A DNA stretch of 5,606 bases from Acaryochloris thomasi RCC1774 (GTDB lineage Bacteria; Cyanobacteriota; Cyanobacteriia; Thermosynechococcales; Thermosynechococcaceae), in assembly GCF_003231495.1 (NCBI RefSeq), contig NZ_PQWO01000055.1:1-5606 (forward strand), read 5' to 3'. The translations under genes and the position numbers were made by a program. Below, piece after piece: positions 1-5,409 of the stretch; positions within the stretch are counted from its first letter, which is position 1, and each line of letters begins with the position of its first letter. Under the pieces are notes generated by a model. It saw only the letters and a list, made by a program, of their open reading frames with translations, made no database searches and had not been told where the DNA came from.

Positions 1-28
1 TGTTGTTCCAGAGTAGGTCTACTACTCC
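1..28 (-). repeat. Left copy of an inverted repeat (partner 5343-5372), truncated by the window edge
   Basis: The reverse complement of 4-28 equals 5343-5367 (25/25). After a 2-nt indel (extra CA at 5368-5369 in the right copy), nt 1-3 match 5370-5372. Identity stops abruptly at 29 / 5342. Confidence 0.9.
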
Positions 29-89
29 AGGCCAAATACTAAAAATGCTGAATTACGAGTCACAGTCTGTTGCTTCTGATGAGAATGCT

Positions 90-983
90 CTACTCACTGA
101 TCACTTTCTTTAGTGCGCTCATTGCGACCTCTTCAGCCCGAGCCGATGTCACCTTCTGATAGCGCAACGTCGTCTGAATGTGTTGATGCCCCAGCAGCGC
201 CCGCAGCTCCTCAATCCCCATAAGTCCCACCCGCTCAGTAGCAAAGGTATGGCGCAAATCATGAAGCCTGACCCCTTTGAGTAAACCGGCATCCTGCGTC
301 ACCTTCTTCCAAGCTTTGTATGCAGAGGTGTAGCTCAGACGACTGATCACCCCCGTCATCGGCTGCTGTGCTGTAAACAAAGCTGCACAATCTAGATGCC
401 GATAGTTGCGAATGTACTTTTCTAGAACATCCTCAGCATCAGGACTATAGAAACACCAGCGCTTCTTGTTTCCCTTACCCACCACCTGAAACTTACGACC
501 GACCAGATCGATCTCTTCAAGATCTAACGACAGGATCTCTGAGATTCTCGCTCCGCTGCGATGCAGCAAAGCAACAAGCGCATGGAGACGCGCATTCGAC
601 TTCACTAATTGGTACATCTGCTGCACCTGCTCAGGCGTCAAATACCGAACCAGTTCATCGGTTAACGATTCACCCTGCCTTGCATCCGGCTTCCGCTGCC
701 GTAAATGAGCAATAGGATTATTTCTGAGATACCCCCGCTCAACGGCAAAGTTCAGGAGAGACTGAAGAATCGCCTGATGCCGCCGATGTGTCGTGTAAGA
801 CAGATGCTCCAGGCTATTGAGATAGTCTTCCAACACCCCACGAGAAAGCAGCTCCACTGGTAAATGTCCCTGCTGCTGCAGCAACGGTAAGAGGCTCAGC
901 TCATAGGACTTCAGCGTGCTGGCCGCGTAGCCCGGACGGGCGAGAAACTCTGTCGCAACTGTTGCTAAAACTAACCTCGACAT
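90..983 (-). CDS. Tyrosine-type site-specific recombinase/integrase (XerC/D-like; likely the cointegrate resolvase, TnpI-like role)
   Basis: ORF 90-1106 (-). Catalytic signature readable in the translation: R in HRSGARISEIL, K in VVGKGNKKRW, H-x-x-R in RLHDLRHTFAT, H in LLGHQHIQTT, nucleophile Y in TLRYQKV. An N-terminal core-binding type segment is present (TLKSYELSLLPLL). Start placed at ATG 981-983 (Met42 of the tracked ORF), because the upstream 41 codons overlap the divergent HTH gene and do not look like part of the family N-terminus. Confidence 0.92.
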   Translation of the reverse strand: MSRLVLATVATEFLARPGYAASTLKSYELSLLPLLQQQGHLPVELLSRGVLEDYLNSLEHLSYTTHRRHQAILQSLLNFAVERGYLRNNPIAHLRQRKPDARQGESLTDELVRYLTPEQVQQMYQLVKSNARLHALVALLHRSGARISEILSLDLEEIDLVGRKFQVVGKGNKKRWCFYSPDAEDVLEKYIRNYRHLDCAALFTAQQPMTGVISRLSYTSAYKAWKKVTQDAGLLKGVRLHDLRHTFATERVGLMGIEELRALLGHQHIQTTLRYQKVTSARAEEVAMSALKKVISE

Positions 984-1053
984 TGTGCCGATAATATACT
1001 CTGCAAAAAGATAATAATGTACTTTAGCAATGTTGTTTTCTAGCTCATTAATA
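984..1053. promoter_or_regulatory. Divergent control region between recombinase gene and HTH-tnpA operon (candidate promoters, operator and/or res site)
   Basis: AT-rich 70 bp between two divergent starts. GATAATA is repeated at 990-996 and 1010-1016 (20-bp phasing). TATAAT-like hexamers occur on both strands (TATACT 995-1000 on plus; TATTAT as reverse complement of 991-996 and 1011-1016). An 8-bp inverted pair TTGCTAAA (962-969) / TTTAGCAA (1023-1030) brackets the region. Confidence 0.5.
1022..1041 (-). promoter_or_regulatory. Copy of the inner (transposase-binding) domain of the terminal IR, inside the control region
   Basis: CTTTAGC-AAT-GTTGTTTTCT (1022-1041) versus CCTTAGC-GTTGTTTTCT (5568-5584). 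The 10-mer is identical, the 7-mer matches 6/7, and there is one 3-nt insertion. The outer domain is not conserved. Confidence 0.55.
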
Positions 1054-1518
1054 ATGGCATCAGAATTGGCGACCTGTACGCCCCACCCCGAAGAAACCCT
1101 CAACAATTATGTCCGCCGTCTCCGTCAGCAACGAAGCTGGACTCAAGTTCAACTGAGTGAAGCTGCAGGTGTTCATCGCCAAACGATTGGAAAGATTGAA
1201 AGTGGTGATAGTCAGCGGCTCAATCGGCGCGTCAGAAAAGGATTAGCGCTGGCCTTGAGTATTCCACTGGAGTACTTGGAAGCAGTCTGTGACGGCGCGG
1301 ATGTTCCTTCGGTTGTCCGTCTCAAATTTTGCCCACAATGTTGGGTGCCCGGAACAGCACCAGAGTCCATGTGGACAGATCCAAGGAGCCACTACTGCTT
1401 TGGTTGTGGCACTGAGCTGACCCATCGCTGTCAGCAGTGCAAAGAGCCAATTTTGTCGCTGCAGTTCCGGTTCTGTCCCTACTGCGGAAACTCATACAAG
1501 CCAGCAGCATCACCGTAA
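1030..1518 (+). CDS. XRE-family helix-turn-helix protein with C-terminal double zinc ribbon (putative transposition regulator)
   Basis: ORF 1030-1518. HTH_XRE/Cro-C1 signature SWTQVQLSEAAGVHRQTIGKIESGD. The C-terminus has four CxxC pairs (CPQC, CFGC, CQQC, CPYC), which is a double zinc-ribbon pattern. An alternative start is ATG 1054 (MASELAT...). The TAA stop at 1516-1518 is followed immediately by the tnpA ATG. Confidence 0.85.
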   Translation: MLFSSSLIMASELATCTPHPEETLNNYVRRLRQQRSWTQVQLSEAAGVHRQTIGKIESGDSQRLNRRVRKGLALALSIPLEYLEAVCDGADVPSVVRLKFCPQCWVPGTAPESMWTDPRSHYCFGCGTELTHRCQQCKEPILSLQFRFCPYCGNSYKPAASP

Positions 1519-4497
1519 ATGCCCGTTCGTTTTCTGAGTGTCGCTGAGCGAACTCACCGGAGCCAGTTCCCAGAAGACATCTCTGAGTCAGATCTGATTC
1601 AATACTTCACGCTCACTCCAGAAGATCTCAAGCAGGTCAATCGCAAACGTCAGCCTGATAACCAACTGGGCTTTGCTCTGCAGCTTTGCGGACTTCGGTA
1701 CATGGGCTTTTGCCCTGATGACCTGCAGCAGACACCGACAGAAATTGTCGTTTTTGTGAGCCACCAGCTTGAGATTGAAGCGGAGGTGCTATCGACCTAC
1801 GGCCAGCGGTCCCAAACCCGAAGCAAACACTTTCAGCAGGTCCAGAAGCATTTGGGGTTTCGAACGCCTGATCCCATCGATCTCAAGCGACTATCAAAGT
1901 GGCTGGTTAATCGAGCCTTAGAGCACGACAAGCCTTCACTTCTCTTCCAGCTCGCAGCCGAAAAGCTCTTCAAGGACAAGCTTGTTCGTCCAGGTGTCAC
2001 TGTTCTAGAGCGGATGGTCGGCACCGTGCGGAATCGGGCCATGAAAGAGACTCATAAACGGCTTAAGCCATTACTGACGCTTCCGGTCAGGCGATTTCTC
2101 AATCAACTGTTGGAGCATGAGTCTCAAATCCATGCCGTTCGTTTTTCTTGGCTGCGACGGCCGGCCATCAGCAATTCACCTAAAGCAATTCTCACAGCAA
2201 TAGACAAGATCCGTTTCCTGCGAGACAACCAAGTCCATCTATGGGATGTCTCCATGCTCAATCCCAATCGTCTCAAATTCCTAGCCCGACTCGCAAAGAA
2301 GAGCAGCGTTCAAGGTCTGAAGCGAATGCCCGCAGGAAAGCGTTATCCCTTGCTGGTCGCGTTTGCTCAACAGTTGTTGATTGAGGCCACTGATGAGGCG
2401 GCAGATCTTTTCATTCAGTGTTTATCAGATACCCATGCTAGAGCGAGGAACGATCTCAAAGCATTCCGGCAAAAGGAAGCGGTGGCGATCAATGAAAAGG
2501 TAAGACTGCTTAAACAGGTGGGAGGTGTGGTGCTAGATCCACAGGTGGATGATCCCAAGGTGCGATCTGACATTTTTGAGCAGATCACTCCAGAGGAGTT
2601 GGAAGCAGCCATCACAGACTGCAACCGCTTAGTGCGCCCTACTCAAGACGAGTCCTATGACTACTTCGCAGCACGGTACAGCTACATTCGCCGGTTTGCT
2701 CCAGAATTTTTAGAGACGTTTTCATTCCGCTCCAATAGAGAAAACGATCCGTTGCTGGAGGCGATCGCCGTTTTGGAGAAACTCAATACGACGGGCAAAC
2801 GACACGTTCCTCAATCAGCACCGATGGCTTTTGTGAGTGCACCTTGGAAATCCTACATCCGAGATGAAGAGGGGAAAATACAGCGGCGTTATTACGAGAT
2901 GTGCGTACTTTGGGAACTCCGTAATGCTCTGCGCTCAGGCAATCTGTGGATGGAAGGCTCACGTAGATATGCAGACCCAGAAAGCTACCTGATCCCCAAG
3001 GAGCAGTGGCCATCAATGCGAACTGAGTTTTGCCAGATGATGTCGCTGCCAGAGCAGGGAAAACGACAATTAAAAGACTTGAATCAGCAGCTTGATGCTG
3101 AAATGACGAAGTTTATGGAGACCCTCAAAGACAATCCTAATGTCCGTTTAGAGGATGACCGTGTTGTTCTCTCCCCCCTGGAAGCTCAAGAACAGTCCAA
3201 GCGGCAAAAGAAGCTGAAGGCTTTGGTCAATCAATGTCTGCCAAAAATAGACCTGACGGATCTGTTGATTGAGGTGGATTTGCTGACGGGCTTCAGTGAC
3301 CATCTAGTTCATGCCGGTGGCCATCAAACCCGCTCACGAGAGACCAAACGGTATCTGTATGCAGCATTACTGTCACAGGCTTGCAATTTGGGTCCGCAGG
3401 CAATGGCACGAGGGGCTGATTTATCCTATGAACGCTTGCTGTGGCACAACAACTGGTTCCTTGATGAAAGCACGCTCACGAAGGCGACGACTGAATTAGT
3501 GAACTATCATCACAAGCTACCGTTGGCTAAATCTTGGGGCGGTGGAACACTCTCTTCCTCTGATGGTCAGCGCTTTCCGGTTACGGTAAAAAACACTCAA
3601 TCGGTGGCCTTGCCCAAGTATTTTGGTTACGGAAAGGGTGTCACGTTTTACACCTGGCTCTCAGATCAGTTTTCGCAGTACGGCACTAAGGTCATTCCTT
3701 CGACTCGTCGAGATGCACCCTATGTCTTCGATGGAATCAAAGACAATGAAACGGAGCTTAAGATCCTAGAGCACACCACTGATACGGCAGGTTTCACTGA
3801 GGTAGTCTTTGCTTTCTTCAATCTGTGTGGTCTTCAGTTCTCGCCTCGAATTCGCGATCTGGGCAAACAGAGACTCTATCGTTTCAAGACCAAGCCGGAT
3901 ACACTCATCAAGCCTCTGTTTGAAAGGCGTATTAAGTCGAAGCGGATTGTGGACCCTTGGGATGAGATGTTGCGGGTGGCGGCCTCACTCCAGCATGGCT
4001 ATGTCACCTCTTCGCTGTTAATGAGCAAGCTCAGTTCGTTCCCTGAACCGAATCGCTTGCTGCAGGCATTTCAGGAGTATGGGCGGTTGGTGAAGACGAT
4101 TTATATTCTCCGCTACTACAACAGTCTCGATCATCGCAGGCGGGTCAAACGTCAGTTGAACAAGGGTGAGGCGGTCCAGGGACTGAGGCGTTTTCTAGTG
4201 GTGGCTCGACAGGGAGAATTGCGGCAGCGCTATCAGGAGGGGCTGGAGAATCAGGCTAGTTGCCTGACATTGGTGACCAATGCGGTGGTGATCTGGAATA
4301 CGGTGTATTTGCAGGCGGCGCTTGATTACATTGAAAAGCAGGGATATGAGGTGACGGAAGAAGACCGAGCGCGGTTCTCTCCAGCGCGGTATGGGCATAT
4401 CAACCCGCATGGAAAGATCATCTTTGATATTGAGAAAACTCAGGCCCTCAAGGGATTACGGCCTTTGGGGGGAATTAAGAAGGCAAAGCATGGTTAA
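1519..4497 (+). CDS. tnpA: Tn3-family DDE transposase
   Basis: 992-aa ORF. The N-terminus MPVRFLSVAERTH...LGFALQLCGLRYMGF matches the DUF4158-type N-terminal domain of Tn3 transposases. DDE triad candidates are D682 (SSSDGQRF, nt 3562-3564), D755 (HTTDTAGFT, nt 3781-3783) and E884 (NKGEAVQGL, nt 4168-4170). Size and motif spacing are typical of the family. Confidence 0.97.
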   Translation: MPVRFLSVAERTHRSQFPEDISESDLIQYFTLTPEDLKQVNRKRQPDNQLGFALQLCGLRYMGFCPDDLQQTPTEIVVFVSHQLEIEAEVLSTYGQRSQTRSKHFQQVQKHLGFRTPDPIDLKRLSKWLVNRALEHDKPSLLFQLAAEKLFKDKLVRPGVTVLERMVGTVRNRAMKETHKRLKPLLTLPVRRFLNQLLEHESQIHAVRFSWLRRPAISNSPKAILTAIDKIRFLRDNQVHLWDVSMLNPNRLKFLARLAKKSSVQGLKRMPAGKRYPLLVAFAQQLLIEATDEAADLFIQCLSDTHARARNDLKAFRQKEAVAINEKVRLLKQVGGVVLDPQVDDPKVRSDIFEQITPEELEAAITDCNRLVRPTQDESYDYFAARYSYIRRFAPEFLETFSFRSNRENDPLLEAIAVLEKLNTTGKRHVPQSAPMAFVSAPWKSYIRDEEGKIQRRYYEMCVLWELRNALRSGNLWMEGSRRYADPESYLIPKEQWPSMRTEFCQMMSLPEQGKRQLKDLNQQLDAEMTKFMETLKDNPNVRLEDDRVVLSPLEAQEQSKRQKKLKALVNQCLPKIDLTDLLIEVDLLTGFSDHLVHAGGHQTRSRETKRYLYAALLSQACNLGPQAMARGADLSYERLLWHNNWFLDESTLTKATTELVNYHHKLPLAKSWGGGTLSSSDGQRFPVTVKNTQSVALPKYFGYGKGVTFYTWLSDQFSQYGTKVIPSTRRDAPYVFDGIKDNETELKILEHTTDTAGFTEVVFAFFNLCGLQFSPRIRDLGKQRLYRFKTKPDTLIKPLFERRIKSKRIVDPWDEMLRVAASLQHGYVTSSLLMSKLSSFPEPNRLLQAFQEYGRLVKTIYILRYYNSLDHRRRVKRQLNKGEAVQGLRRFLVVARQGELRQRYQEGLENQASCLTLVTNAVVIWNTVYLQAALDYIEKQGYEVTEEDRARFSPARYGHINPHGKIIFDIEKTQALKGLRPLGGIKKAKHG

Positions 4498-4709
4498 TCA
4501 AAGACAACATAGAAAAATATGGCAACTACTCAGCCTAAAGGTCCAGAGATATGTACCTCCAGACGTTGATGAATAGATAGAACCGTCTCAGTAAAAACAA
4601 CAAGTAGCCCCATCTTTAGTCAATGTTGATTGCATCTGAACTAATGAAGTATCGAAATAGGGGAAGACAACAGCCTCATGTATAGCCTTAGTGGCCTTTC
4701 ATCGTATGT

Positions 4710-4746
4710 AGTGTTTGGGGGTGGGAACCCTAAGAACACTGCTTAG
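4710..4746 (+). repeat. Degenerate Tn3-end-like sequence (left-end orientation) upstream of the passenger ORF
   Basis: AGTGTTTGGGGGTGGGAACCCTAAGAACACTGCTTAG shares collinear blocks with the reverse complement of the terminal IR (GGTGTTTAGGGTACATCGGAACAGAAAACAACGCTAAG): GTGTTT, GGG, GGAAC, and AAC.CT..AG. This is roughly two thirds identity with gaps, judged by eye, and is not statistically tested. Confidence 0.3.
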
Positions 4747-4748
4747 GG
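4728..4748 (+). other. Perfect 7-bp stem / 7-nt loop hairpin (CCCTAAG aacactg CTTAGGG)
   Basis: Direct reading: 4728-4734 is the reverse complement of 4742-4748. It lies 35 nt upstream of the passenger ATG at 4783. No T-tract follows it. Confidence 0.7.
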
Positions 4749-4782
4749 CTTGCAATACACTATCCGTCTTCCTTTTATCGTC

Positions 4783-5229
4783 ATGAAACGGACGCACATT
4801 AAAATTTGCACACTTCTTAGTCTAGTCATGGTTTCCGGCATTATCGGATTGCTAGGCAAGGCTTTCCTTGATGCTATTTCGATTCCCCGTAGTTCAGTAA
4901 CACCTACGGCGGTTGGTGAGACACACTACAGGATTTATCTGTTTGCAAAATCCAATCATAGGCTTCCAAAAAGTCTTTCTGAGCTACCCCCTCGACAAGG
5001 ATACGTCAATAGTACTGTCGATCTCTGGGGACGAGAATTGATCTATAAAACTGACGATGCAGGAATTATTACTCTTGGTAGCTATGGCCAAGACGGTATA
5101 ATTGGTGGGGCAGGAGACGACGCTGACATACTCTACAGATATAGATCACGAGATGAATCAGGACAATTCATAGCTGCCAATGACTTATGGGTTGTTGAGG
5201 GTAGAATTCATCCTGAAAATGGCGGATAA
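4783..5229 (+). CDS. Small membrane-anchored protein with GspG (type II secretion pseudopilin) C-terminal-like domain; passenger gene
   Basis: ORF 4750-5229, with ATG at 4783 giving MKRTHIKICTLLSLVMVSGIIGLLG (one N-terminal hydrophobic helix). The C-terminal stretch DLWGRELIYKTDDAGIITLGSYGQDGIIGGAGDDADI (nt 5020-5130) resembles the GspG pattern DPWGxxY...GxDGxxGGxGxDADI. The prepilin G/FTLIE processing motif is absent. Confidence 0.65.
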   Translation: MKRTHIKICTLLSLVMVSGIIGLLGKAFLDAISIPRSSVTPTAVGETHYRIYLFAKSNHRLPKSLSELPPRQGYVNSTVDLWGRELIYKTDDAGIITLGSYGQDGIIGGAGDDADILYRYRSRDESGQFIAANDLWVVEGRIHPENGG

Positions 5230-5258
5230 CAATGCGATTAACCGAAGGCGCGTAGATA

Positions 5259-5297
5259 CAGAGTGTTGTTTTACCAATTTTTCTATAAGCCCTACTG
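5259..5297 (-). repeat. Tn3-end-like sequence (right-end orientation) just downstream of the passenger ORF
   Basis: The inner part CAGAGTGTTGTTTTACC (5259-5275) matches CATAGTGTTGTGTTCC (reverse complement of 5362-5377) at 14 of 17 aligned columns. It matches CTTAGCGTTGTTTT (5569-5582) at 11/14. The outer part contains CCCTA(CT), matching the TAGGG block of the terminal IR. Confidence 0.45.
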
Positions 5298-5342
5298 AGA
5301 CTGGCTTGTAGTTGAATCTAGTAGGGGCCTGTGAGAAATACA

Positions 5343-5377
5343 GGAGTAGTAGACCTACTCTGGAACACAACACTATG
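5343..5377 (+). repeat. Right copy of the inverted repeat (partner 1-28); itself shaped like a degenerate Tn3 end in left-end orientation
   Basis: GGAGTAGTAGACCTACTCTGGAACACAACACTATG. Nt 5343-5367 are a perfect inverted copy of 4-28. It starts GGNG exactly where identity begins, contains GGAACA, and ends ACAACACTATG versus ACAACGCTAAG of the terminal IR (9/11). It has an internal dyad GAGTAG-N5-CTACTC (5344-5360). Confidence 0.85.
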
Positions 5378-5409
5378 ACTTCATCAAGACCCAATGACAA
5401 GCCAAACCG

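Noticed and set aside
984-1106. N-terminal 41-codon extension of the recombinase ORF (tracked ORF 90-1106)
   Set aside because: It overlaps the divergent HTH gene start and the AT-rich control region. The sequence MLRVSSGWGV... has no resemblance to recombinase N-termini. The internal ATG at 981-983 gives a normal-length 297-aa protein.
1243-1513. Two minus-strand ORFs (60 and 63 aa) inside the HTH/zinc-ribbon gene
   Set aside because: They are antisense shadows of a gene with clear domain signatures. They have low-complexity, Cys/Ser-rich translations and no recognisable motifs.
1833-4410. Six short ORFs within tnpA (1833-2042, 2415-2624, 2783-3016 and 4195-4410 on minus; 3311-3499 and 3809-4021 on plus)
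   Set aside because: All are fully nested in the well-supported 992-aa transposase frame. They are alternative-frame or antisense artefacts of 62-77 aa with no motifs.
4529-4560. Possible right-end IR just downstream of tnpA (CTCAGCCTAAAGGTCCAGAGATATGTACCTCC)
   Set aside because: It shares only isolated 7-mers with the other end-like sequences (TCCAGAG with 7-13, ATGTACC with 5591-5597). Such matches are expected by chance in 5.6 kb, and the GTTGTTTT inner core is absent.
4391-4576. 61-aa plus-strand ORF overlapping the 3-prime end of tnpA
   Set aside because: Most of it is an out-of-frame overlap with tnpA. The remainder runs into repeat-containing spacer. No recognisable domain.
4574-4611. 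Minus-strand reading GGGGCTACTTGTTGTTTTTACTGAGACGG... as a GGGG-initiated Tn3 IR
   Set aside because: In that register the conserved core lies at the wrong end: GTTGTTTT is near the outer tip and there is no ..CTAAG inner end. The plus-strand left-end reading (4570-4607) fits the family layout better, and even that is weak.
4728-4748. Hairpin as an intrinsic terminator for tnpA
   Set aside because: No T-tract follows the stem (the next bases are CTTGCAATAC), and it lies 230 nt past the tnpA stop. It is kept only as a structural observation.
4750-4782. TTG-initiated 11-codon extension of the passenger ORF
   Set aside because: The TTG lies directly against the 4728-4748 hairpin. The ATG at 4783 gives a typical positively charged N-terminus followed by the hydrophobic helix.
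5336-5341. AAATAC near both repeat boundaries (34-39 and 5336-5341) as a target-site duplication
   Set aside because: The two copies lie at different distances from the boundaries (5 nt versus 1 nt). They are on the inner side of the repeats, which is not where a duplication generated by insertion of this element would lie.
5185-5400. 71-aa minus-strand ORF across the repeat boundary
   Set aside because: It starts with TTG, overlaps the passenger gene's 3-prime end, and reads through the 25-bp repeat and hairpin sequences. In the left copy, the 2-nt indel and divergence at position 29 would destroy it. No motif recognised.
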